From Treponema sp. (GTDB taxonomy: Bacteria > Spirochaetota > Spirochaetia > Treponematales > Treponemataceae), in contig JAGCWT010000113.1 of NCBI GenBank assembly GCA_017961705.1, positions 8,681 through 72,680 on the forward strand: 64,000 nucleotides of DNA, read 5' to 3'. A program made the translations under genes and the position numbers. Under the pieces are notes generated by a model, which was not told the origin of the DNA, ran no database searches, and saw only the letters and a list, made by a program, of their open reading frames with translations. This document shows positions 27,615-36,335 of this stretch, in pieces. The stretch's first letter is position 1, and each line of letters begins with the position of its first letter.

Positions 27615-28602
27615 AAAAATTATTATGGCAGTTGTTTTTTGTGTTCTAGTTATTTTATTAAATTCTCTTTTTAATTATATTTTTATACCTCCGTATTATG
27701 CACAAAATGTTATAAGAGATTTAAATAAGCAAAAAGATATTGAATTGTTAATAATAGGGGATTCTTTAAGCCGCTCTGCCTATGATACAAAAACGATAAG
27801 TAGCAGTTTGAATATAAATGCATTTAATTTGAATCAGACCGGCTGTAATTTGGAAACAGAACTTTTACTATTGGAATACACTTTGGAAAAGCATAAGGTA
27901 CAGACTGTAATTCTAAATTGGGATACAGATACTGTTTTGCAAGAGAACAATTTAGTGCAAAGTTATTATACAGAATTGTTAAGAGTTCTGGATGGGCTAA
28001 AATATAAGATAAGAATTTTTCCAAAAACTTTTGAATTGCCTTGGACAAATGCTTTTATATATTGGTCAAATATGTTTTCGCATGAATTCTTAGAGATTAT
28101 TAAAGTAAAACAATCAGATTTATATAAGAAGGGAGACGTTGTGATTTTCCACCCAGAAACAGCCCCTAGGGTTTATTTGGGCCAAGGGGCCTTTGCATAC
28201 AGAATTTTGAAGCAGAGAACTGCAGATTTTAAATTTTCAGATGAGAATAGAGATGACATTTTTTTGTATTTTATGGATGAGAAAAATAAAGAAATTGTAA
28301 ATGAAATTAAAGATTTGTGTAATAAAACCAATACTAATTTGATATTTATGATGCAATCACTTCCTTTAAGTATAAGGGATAATTCCTTAACCTTAAAAAA
28401 ATATTCAGAGGACATGAAAAATTTTTTTTCTTCAATGGGAATAAAATTCGTTGATGCAAATTTTATTGAGGAGTTTAACAATAGCAGGGATGATTATTTA
28501 TTTAGGGATGCAGGAGGTCATTATTATATTAATGGCACAAAATCTTATACAGAAGACTTTTGTAATTGGTATAAAAAACAGCCAGACTTTAACAAAAAAT
28601 AA
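27601..28602 (+). CDS. Second membrane-anchored SGNH-type acyltransferase
   Basis: N-terminal TM; IIGDS and FRDAGGHY. Confidence 0.65.
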   Translation: MHNSKKIIMAVVFCVLVILLNSLFNYIFIPPYYAQNVIRDLNKQKDIELLIIGDSLSRSAYDTKTISSSLNINAFNLNQTGCNLETELLLLEYTLEKHKVQTVILNWDTDTVLQENNLVQSYYTELLRVLDGLKYKIRIFPKTFELPWTNAFIYWSNMFSHEFLEIIKVKQSDLYKKGDVVIFHPETAPRVYLGQGAFAYRILKQRTADFKFSDENRDDIFLYFMDEKNKEIVNEIKDLCNKTNTNLIFMMQSLPLSIRDNSLTLKKYSEDMKNFFSSMGIKFVDANFIEEFNNSRDDYLFRDAGGHYYINGTKSYTEDFCNWYKKQPDFNKK

Positions 28603-28656
28603 GTAAATTAATTCTGTGAAAGTTGATTTATACCAGATTATTTGTTAAAATAACTT

Positions 28657-29847
28657 ATGCTGAATTTTCTTTATGACCTTACAGCTACACAGCCAACCCC
28701 CGATAGTAAATTCCATGGAGCAGGAACATATGGGGAAATTGTATTTTTGAAGTTGCTTCAGGTTTTTGATGCACAAAAAGTTATTTTTTTTATAGCATAT
28801 GATTCAAAGCGATATATAAATGAAGAACTTTTAAATGCTGCAGATAAATTAAATTTAACATTTCTTGATATACAAAAAGAATCTCCAAAAGAAATCTGCT
28901 CCAAATATAAAATTGACCGTTTTTATTCTGCCTTGCTAGATGAATCAATTCCATGGAAGTTTGCAAATGCTCAAGTCATAACCACGGTTCATGGTTTAAG
29001 AGGTTTGGAAATGCCATTGGATAAAATTGTGTTAACTTATGATAGATCTGTAAAGGCGAGAGTTAAAGATTTCTTGAAATTGTACATTTTTAATAAGCGG
29101 CAAATTGCAAAAATTTATAAAGGCTACGAAAGATTTTTTGTAAATGATTATAAAATTATCACTGTCTCAAATCATAGCAAAGCTTCTATAATGTCTTTTT
29201 TTTCAAAAATAAAAGATGAAGATATAAAAGTATTTTCCAGCCCTACTTTTGATCAATTAAAAGATGATTCTATTCTAGAAATGCCATTACTAAAAACAAG
29301 TAACCTTGCGGTAAAAAAATATTTTATCCTTACAAGTGGAGCTAGATGGATAAAAAACAATATGAGGGCAATTCTTGCGTTTGATGATTTGTTTATAGAA
29401 AATGCCCAATTGTTAAAAGATTTTAAGGTTGTTATTACAGGAGTTCCAGACAAGACAGTATTTACGCGGTATATAAAAAACAAAGATAAATTTGTATTTT
29501 TTGATTATATAGAACGAGATTTGCTTGCTGGTTTAGAAGCAAATGCATATGCCTTTATTTATCCGTCATTGAATGAAGGTTTTGGATATCCTCCAGTTGA
29601 ATCAATGAAATATGGAGTACCTGTTGCTGCTAGTGGAACATCTTCAATACCTGAAATTTGTGGAGATGCAGCTTTATACTTTGACCCATATTCAATTAGT
29701 GAAATAAAAAATAGAATTATTCAGTTATGTAATAAAGAAATATATAATAGCTTTGTGGAAAAAGCAAAATCACAATATAATAAAGTATCTATGATGCAAA
29801 AAAAAGACTTGGATAGTATGGCTGAATATTTATTGGAGATAAAATAA
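28657..29847 (+). CDS. Glycosyltransferase family 4
   Basis: TTVHGLR, FIYPSLNEGFGYPPVESM, SIPEICGDAALYFDP. Confidence 0.92.
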   Translation: MLNFLYDLTATQPTPDSKFHGAGTYGEIVFLKLLQVFDAQKVIFFIAYDSKRYINEELLNAADKLNLTFLDIQKESPKEICSKYKIDRFYSALLDESIPWKFANAQVITTVHGLRGLEMPLDKIVLTYDRSVKARVKDFLKLYIFNKRQIAKIYKGYERFFVNDYKIITVSNHSKASIMSFFSKIKDEDIKVFSSPTFDQLKDDSILEMPLLKTSNLAVKKYFILTSGARWIKNNMRAILAFDDLFIENAQLLKDFKVVITGVPDKTVFTRYIKNKDKFVFFDYIERDLLAGLEANAYAFIYPSLNEGFGYPPVESMKYGVPVAASGTSSIPEICGDAALYFDPYSISEIKNRIIQLCNKEIYNSFVEKAKSQYNKVSMMQKKDLDSMAEYLLEIK

Positions 29848-30708
29848 ATGATATTGTTCTCAGTTTTGATTGCAAATTACAATAATGCAAAATTTCTTTC
29901 TGAATGTCTCACTTCAATCAAAAAACAGACTTATTCAAACTGGGAAATTATTTTTGTGGATGACTGTTCAAAAGATAATTCAATTGAGATAGTTGAAAAT
30001 TTTTCAAAAAACTCTGCTAACTTGGTAAAAATATACAAAAATGATACAAATCACGGTTGTGGCTATACAAAAAAACGTTGTATGGAATATGCTAACGGTC
30101 AAATTTGTGGTTATCTTGATCCAGATGACGCATTGGCTGATGATGCAATTGAGTTAATGGTTAAGGCACATGAAAAAAATCCGTTGGCAAGCGTAATAGG
30201 TTCACGACGTTTTTTTTGTAATGACAAATTAAAAGTCGTAGATGTTGCTCCGAGTTTGGCACCAAGAATTAAAAATTTTAAGAGTCAGCTAGAAACACCT
30301 TTCTATATTACACATTTTGCATCCTTTAAAAAAGAGGCTTATGATAAAACGGGGGGTCTTGATCCATACATGAAAAGAGCTGTAGATCAGGATTTGTATT
30401 TAAAACTTGAAGAACAAGGTTGCGTAGATTTTGTTGATAAGCCTCTTTACTATTATAGAAATTCATCAAATTCAATCTCCTTAAATAAGAACTATTATAA
30501 AGCGACTGCTTGGCATGTTTATGCAGTTGTAGAAACTTGTAAAAGGCGGAGAGTGTCGTTTGACGATTACTGTTATCTCTTAAAGCAAAAGAAAAATAAA
30601 CAAGAGAGGTTTGTTGATTTTATTACACATCCATTAACACTTCTAAAGAGTTTTATTATACGAAAAAGGCATATTAATGCATATAAAAAAGAGAGTAGAA
30701 GGAAGTAA
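29848..30708 (+). CDS. Glycosyltransferase family 2
   Basis: SVLIANYN, VDDCSKD, YLDPDD, VDQDL. Confidence 0.92.
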   Translation: MILFSVLIANYNNAKFLSECLTSIKKQTYSNWEIIFVDDCSKDNSIEIVENFSKNSANLVKIYKNDTNHGCGYTKKRCMEYANGQICGYLDPDDALADDAIELMVKAHEKNPLASVIGSRRFFCNDKLKVVDVAPSLAPRIKNFKSQLETPFYITHFASFKKEAYDKTGGLDPYMKRAVDQDLYLKLEEQGCVDFVDKPLYYYRNSSNSISLNKNYYKATAWHVYAVVETCKRRRVSFDDYCYLLKQKKNKQERFVDFITHPLTLLKSFIIRKRHINAYKKESRRK

Positions 30709-30764
30709 GTTTATTTTAAATGATATTTTGTAAAACAAGTCTTGAAAAAATTGAGTTCCAGAAA

Positions 30765-31757
30765 TCAAATTTCAAACATTGATTTCTGAGGGAGTGTTTG
30801 TTCAAAGGTTTGAATAATTCTCTTCATTTTTTCATTAATATCAATGTCAGAATCATTGATAACTATTTGTTTATAGGTTCTATCTCGAATTGACTTGCAC
30901 AAATCATCAATGTTGGCTGAGTCTAGTCTATAAAAATGTCGTCTTCTTCGTAAATTTATGGGAGTAAAATTTCCTTTGCATAATTGCCAGTAGCGGAAAA
31001 TATATTGGTTGATGTCATTTATACTGCGGAATCTATTTTGCATAGCAATATCTAATTCGTCTTTGCAATTTGCCCATACGTCCTCGAAAATTTTTTTTGT
31101 AAAACAATTTGCCATATGGAAATCTATGAAGCCAGGAAACTTTTGTAGATAGTTTAATACAAAATTGAAATAATTCAGTTTTCCGTAGATGGGGTTAAAC
31201 CATTTGAAAAAATTTTTTGAAATGACTTGTTTTTTTTTAAAATTTTTGTTTATAGCATTTATCGTATTAAATATTGTGTTAAGTTGAGGTGCTTTTCCTG
31301 AATCTTTTACTTCCAAAATTGCACAGTCACAAGGTAGACCACATTTAAAAAAATCTTGTGGTGACATAAAATCTGTAATGTATATATCATCATTAAAATA
31401 AACGAAATGATCTTGTAAACTTGGTATTTTATGTAGACAAAGTTCTATAGGTATTGAAGAAAAAACAGGTAAATATTCTTTTGGAATATAATCAGTATGT
31501 TTTACTAAATGTAATTTTGAACAATCCAAATTAAGCCATTCTGGTTTCTGTCCACAGGTAACAAAATGGACTTTATTAACCCAAGGAGCAAATTTTTCAA
31601 CTCCGCGAAACCAATAACGTAAAAGGCCGTAATCTCTAAATTCAAAAGATTTTTTCTTTTTCCCTTCTGGTGCGAATTTATTATATTCTTCAATCCAATC
31701 TGGATCAGATCCATCAACCCATGGAATTATAAAGTCAATTGGAAATTCTTTTTTCAT
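30765..31757 (-). CDS. Stealth-family hexose-1-phosphate transferase
   Basis: IDFIIPWVDGSD (CR1), LRYWFRGVEKFAPWVNKVHFVT (CR2), FVYFNDD, INDSD. Confidence 0.92.
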   Translation of the reverse strand: MKKEFPIDFIIPWVDGSDPDWIEEYNKFAPEGKKKKSFEFRDYGLLRYWFRGVEKFAPWVNKVHFVTCGQKPEWLNLDCSKLHLVKHTDYIPKEYLPVFSSIPIELCLHKIPSLQDHFVYFNDDIYITDFMSPQDFFKCGLPCDCAILEVKDSGKAPQLNTIFNTINAINKNFKKKQVISKNFFKWFNPIYGKLNYFNFVLNYLQKFPGFIDFHMANCFTKKIFEDVWANCKDELDIAMQNRFRSINDINQYIFRYWQLCKGNFTPINLRRRRHFYRLDSANIDDLCKSIRDRTYKQIVINDSDIDINEKMKRIIQTFEQTLPQKSMFEI

Positions 31758-31779
31758 TTTTTATAATCCAAATTTTTTG

Positions 31780-32625
31780 CTAATCTAATGAGTAATAAAA
31801 ATCTGTAGTTATTGTATCAACACCCATTTTAAAAAGCCTTTCCCATACTTCTTTCCCACCATATGTAAAGGCATTTACTTCAAGTCCGTTTTCATGGCAG
31901 AGATCAATGGTTTTTTGTGAGACATTTTCACCTGTATGGTATGCGTTAACACCTAGTTGGGCGCACATTGGAATAGCACCAACTATGTTACCTTTATCTA
32001 TATATCCAATTTTTACTTTTTTGGAATAATTACGTATTAACCAGAGTGAAAAAGGATTTCCAGAGGAGATAACAACTCTGTCTTCAAGACCATATTTTTT
32101 TATGAGTTTAACAGCTTTTTTTTCTATATCGGTATAGTATAATTCATAGCTTTTAATTTCTATATTTGTGATGATATTAGTATCTTTTACCCACTGGCAA
32201 TACTCCTCTAAAGATGGAATATGTTCAGGTTTTGTCAGGTTTTGAGTGTTTTTTTTGATTTTCATTTTTTGAATTTCTGCAAACGTACAGTCTTTGAAAT
32301 CTCCAAAGCCATAAGCTTTTTTGTCGGTGGATTCATCATGAGAAATTACAAGAACACCATCATAAGTTTCATGAATATCCAATTCAATGCCTTTACATCC
32401 AAGACGGGCTGCTTCCTTAAAAGCAGACATTGTATTTTCTGGATATAAAGAACTAATCCCTTTGTGTGCAAAAAAGAAGTTCTTTTTATTCAGCTGCATG
32501 AGGTCCTGCTTTGATTCAAGGGGATTATCAGAATTTACATTTGCTTTTGTTGAGGCACATGAGAAAGTAAGAAGTAGAATGACTGCGCTAGAAATAAGAG
32601 AAAAAGAATTTGTAATTTTTTTCAT
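31780..32625 (-). CDS. Glycerophosphodiester phosphodiesterase lipoprotein
   Basis: Lipobox TFSC; AHKG, PENTMSAF, IELDIH, HD, NIEIK, GVDTITTD. Confidence 0.88.
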   Translation of the reverse strand: MKKITNSFSLISSAVILLLTFSCASTKANVNSDNPLESKQDLMQLNKKNFFFAHKGISSLYPENTMSAFKEAARLGCKGIELDIHETYDGVLVISHDESTDKKAYGFGDFKDCTFAEIQKMKIKKNTQNLTKPEHIPSLEEYCQWVKDTNIITNIEIKSYELYYTDIEKKAVKLIKKYGLEDRVVISSGNPFSLWLIRNYSKKVKIGYIDKGNIVGAIPMCAQLGVNAYHTGENVSQKTIDLCHENGLEVNAFTYGGKEVWERLFKMGVDTITTDFYYSLD

Positions 32626-34076
32626 AAAACCTTTCCTTTTAATATTTGTAAAATTTGAAAAGCCGTTTTATTTCGAAATAAAAGCGAAAAAAACGTATAA
32701 GCTATTACACCTACTATTATACTCAATAATGTAGTTATAACAAGGGAAATTTCTCTCATTTCAAGAAAATTATAAACAAAATAAACACATAAAGACATTA
32801 GTAAAGTTATGAAAGCAACTTGAATTATAGGAAGAATGATTTCTTTTTTGAAAAACCATTTGCTTACATAGGCAAGTCTTATGGAAAACATTACGCATTG
32901 TGCTATAAAAGTTGCAAGTGAGGCTCCCCAAACGCCTTTTGTCGGAATAAGTATTGCATTGAAGATAATATCTGTTATGCAGGCGGCAATTTGGGAAGTC
33001 AAAAGAATTTTCTCTTTATGCAGAGGAACAATTATAAGATTGTTAACCATAGAGTTTATTGCATAAAGAATAATCAGTAAAGACATGATTTGCATGGATC
33101 CCTGTGCTGGCAAGTAATTTTCACCGCAGAAAATTATAATTACAGGTTTACTTAATATTGTAAGACCGAGAGCGGCAGGAAAAGCAAAGAAAGATGTCGC
33201 TCCAGCAGATTTTTTTATCAAGTTTTTGAATTCTTCTTGTTTGTTACTGTCAAAATATGAGGTTCCTCGTGGCATTAACGTTGCTAATGAACTTTTTATT
33301 AAACTGGATACCATAGAGGAAACTTTATTTGCTGCTGTATAATAACCAACTGCAGCATTTCCTATAATAAGGCCAACCATTGTAGTATCAATCATGGAAT
33401 AAAGTTTTATAGCGAAATTATTTCCAAAGAAAACTAAAATACCTTTTAAGTGATGAATAGGGTGAATTTCAGTTTTTTCAAATATATTTACATATTTTCG
33501 TGTGTATATAAGATTATAGATATTTGAACCTACAGAAGAAAAAACACCAATGATTGCATATATTATATAATCTTTTGGACTGTGAACAAATGTAAACAAT
33601 GCAATAAGAGAAATAATTTGAAATAATATGGAGCGTAATGTTATATATTTTTGGTCTTCTTCTGCTACAAAAAGCCAGCCAAAATCCATGGTATTAAAAA
33701 GCAATTTTGTGCCTATTAGAATAATTAAAAGTCTATACTCAGATAACCGTGATATGAAAAAGATTCCGGTGAACAGTAAGGTGGCAGATATAAGTGTTGA
33801 GAATAATGTTAAAGCTATGATTTCTCGTACAAATTGATTTAATTTTGGTTTATCATTTTTTAATTTTGTTGCCTCACGAGTGGCATATGTTGATATACCT
33901 AGTGCTGCAAGCATCAAAAAATAATCAACAATTGAATTTGCAAAATTTACTTTCCCTATGTTTTCTGGCATGAGAACTCGAGAAGCATAGGGGAATGTTA
34001 TTATAGGAAATGCAATATTCATGAAAGATCGGATAAATCCGTATAATGCATTTTTCTTTAAGGATTTTGTTTTCAT
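32622..34076 (-). CDS. wzx: Wzx-like polysaccharide flippase
   Basis: SLKKNALY, FPIITFPYASRVL, VGYYTAA; many TM segments. Confidence 0.9.
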   Translation of the reverse strand: MKTKSLKKNALYGFIRSFMNIAFPIITFPYASRVLMPENIGKVNFANSIVDYFLMLAALGISTYATREATKLKNDKPKLNQFVREIIALTLFSTLISATLLFTGIFFISRLSEYRLLIILIGTKLLFNTMDFGWLFVAEEDQKYITLRSILFQIISLIALFTFVHSPKDYIIYAIIGVFSSVGSNIYNLIYTRKYVNIFEKTEIHPIHHLKGILVFFGNNFAIKLYSMIDTTMVGLIIGNAAVGYYTAANKVSSMVSSLIKSSLATLMPRGTSYFDSNKQEEFKNLIKKSAGATSFFAFPAALGLTILSKPVIIIFCGENYLPAQGSMQIMSLLIILYAINSMVNNLIIVPLHKEKILLTSQIAACITDIIFNAILIPTKGVWGASLATFIAQCVMFSIRLAYVSKWFFKKEIILPIIQVAFITLLMSLCVYFVYNFLEMREISLVITTLLSIIVGVIAYTFFSLLFRNKTAFQILQILKGKVL

Positions 34077-34106
34077 TCGGAACTTCCTTAATTGTAAAAG
34101 GTGAGG

Positions 34107-35123
34107 TTATTTTTCCCACTCGGATTTTATAGGAAATACTTGTTCAAAAAATGAAGTAGCGTACTCTACTTCGTCATCAGGAATAGCATTTAGGCATATT
34201 GATAAAGGTTTTATGGTTTTTAATTTGTCTTGTAAATCCTTTATTTTTTCAGAATAAATCATATTTCTATTTTCCTTTATTGAAAATGATATTTTAAAAA
34301 CCTTAAAAAATTTCCTAATTATTCTAATTAATATAGGAGAAATATTTGCATAATGAAATTTATATTTTAATATATATATCATCTCATATTGAAAAATAAT
34401 TCTGTTAATATCTTTTCCATCGCGAAATGGATGGATATTGGTTTCTAAAACCTCGGGATATTTCAAAAGTATTTTTTCAAAATCGGATTTTAATAAAGAT
34501 GTGAAACAGTGATTTAAAGTATATCCTGGTATTATAAGATGATTTTTTTTGCAAAATAGATCCCAAGAATTGTAAATTGTTAACCTATATTTTTTATCAG
34601 GACCAGAAATGCTAGGGACACGATCGAGTGAGAAATTAAAAATTTGTCCTTTGTTCCCATTCACCCAAACAATAGGATTTCCTTTTTTGTCAAAGTAATC
34701 TTTTCTTTGAACTGTATTGAAAAAAATAAAATCATCATTCGCATAAAGAAAATGCTCTGAAAGGTTTTTAATTTTGTGTATATAGAATTCAATTACGCAA
34801 GAGTTAAAAGTGGGAAGTATGTTTTTAGGAATAATATCTTTGTGATCTATGATTGTTAATCTACTATTTTCCTTAAGCCACTTGGGCTTTTGATTATCTG
34901 TAACAATATATATATGATTTATCCATGGAGCAAATTTTTGGACAGAACGTAGCGAAAATTTTAGTTCATTATGTTCAATGTAACGAACATTTCCATTTGA
35001 TTGCTTATCAAAAGAGATATTTAATTTTTTTTTCAGTTCATTTTTTTTATTTGCAAAATTTTTATCACTGCCATCACACCATAAATAAACTAAGTCTACT
35101 GGAAAATCGTATTGTTTTTTCAT
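34107..35123 (-). CDS. Second Stealth-family phosphotransferase
   Basis: VDLVYLWCDGSD, ELKFSLRSVQKFAPWINHIYIVTD, PTFNS, FLYANDD. Confidence 0.9.
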   Translation of the reverse strand: MKKQYDFPVDLVYLWCDGSDKNFANKKNELKKKLNISFDKQSNGNVRYIEHNELKFSLRSVQKFAPWINHIYIVTDNQKPKWLKENSRLTIIDHKDIIPKNILPTFNSCVIEFYIHKIKNLSEHFLYANDDFIFFNTVQRKDYFDKKGNPIVWVNGNKGQIFNFSLDRVPSISGPDKKYRLTIYNSWDLFCKKNHLIIPGYTLNHCFTSLLKSDFEKILLKYPEVLETNIHPFRDGKDINRIIFQYEMIYILKYKFHYANISPILIRIIRKFFKVFKISFSIKENRNMIYSEKIKDLQDKLKTIKPLSICLNAIPDDEVEYATSFFEQVFPIKSEWEK

Positions 35124-35290
35124 AATATCTTTCTACGACAAAAAATCTTTAACAATATTTTAACATAAATTTCAAAAAAAGCAAAGTATATGAGGTTTGA
35201 CAGATTTAAAATTTTAAGTTACTTTATTCATTGTATTAACACAATATGGCAATGTAATGACTGTCAATTCTAATCAAATAGAGGTGTTTT

Positions 35291-36295
35291 ATGGTACATG
35301 CAGCTTTAATATTTGCTCCACATCAAGATGATGAACTAAATATTGCAGGTGGTTTGATGGAACAAATGATATTGGCTGGTATAAAAATATCTGTTTGCTT
35401 TTTAACAAATGGGGACTGGAAAGGTGAGCAAGAGAAGCGGTTAAAAGAAGCAAAAAAAGTGGCTAATATTTTTGGTTATAATGATATTATTTATCTTGGA
35501 TATGGAGATGGTGGCTTTTCTAAAAGTTTATACTATGCAACAAATGATGACGTTGTTGTCTTTTCCCCTGCGGGGTTTAAAGAAACATATGGTGTTGAAG
35601 ACAAACAGGATTTTCATTATGCAAAGCATGGAGTGCATGCTGCCTATACGAAACGAAATGTTAGGAATGATATAAAGGATGTAATACAAAGTATAAAGGC
35701 TGATATTATTTTTTGTGTTGATGCTGATGAACATCCTGATCATAAATTGCTTTCTGAACAGTTTGATAAAGCTATTTCAGAAATAATTTCAAACTCAGAT
35801 TATCATCCTATTATTTTAAAAACTTTTGCATATTTAGGTGTGTTTTATGGAGCAAATGATTATTTTGTTAGACCTATGCAACAAACGAAATGTATGTCTT
35901 ATGGGCGATGGGCTCGAAGCGATTGTGCTCCATATAATTGGGATGATCGTGTTTCTTTTGCAGTAAATAGTTCTGTTTATCCATTGTGTTGGAGGAAAAG
36001 TAAACTGTTTAAAGCTTTAAAAGCTTACAAAACTCAACGAGGAGTAAAATTTTTTCCAAGAATTTGTAATGCAGATGCTGTTTATTGGTTTTATGATACA
36101 AGATTAGGTGATTATACTCTTAGTTCGGATTTTCCACTTGAACAAACTCCATTTAAATACTATAAAAATATAGGGAATATAAAAAAAATAAAAAATCATG
36201 ATATCCTAAAATTGATATATGAGTTTTATTATGATAAAATACCTGGAAAGGTAAATAGTATTATTAAAAAAATTTTATCCGTCATCAAATCATGA
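35291..36295 (+). CDS. PIG-L/LmbE family N-deacetylase
   Basis: FAPHQDDE, LTNGD, DEHPDH. Confidence 0.85.
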   Translation: MVHAALIFAPHQDDELNIAGGLMEQMILAGIKISVCFLTNGDWKGEQEKRLKEAKKVANIFGYNDIIYLGYGDGGFSKSLYYATNDDVVVFSPAGFKETYGVEDKQDFHYAKHGVHAAYTKRNVRNDIKDVIQSIKADIIFCVDADEHPDHKLLSEQFDKAISEIISNSDYHPIILKTFAYLGVFYGANDYFVRPMQQTKCMSYGRWARSDCAPYNWDDRVSFAVNSSVYPLCWRKSKLFKALKAYKTQRGVKFFPRICNADAVYWFYDTRLGDYTLSSDFPLEQTPFKYYKNIGNIKKIKNHDILKLIYEFYYDKIPGKVNSIIKKILSVIKS

Positions 36296-36335
36296 CAGAA
36301 AATATCAGAACCTGAAAACCAAAAGATAAATTTTA

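Noticed and set aside
31230-35048. A8-A9 runs in the Stealth genes as phase-variation tracts
   Set aside because: Expected by chance in very AT-rich, Lys-rich genes; both frames are intact.
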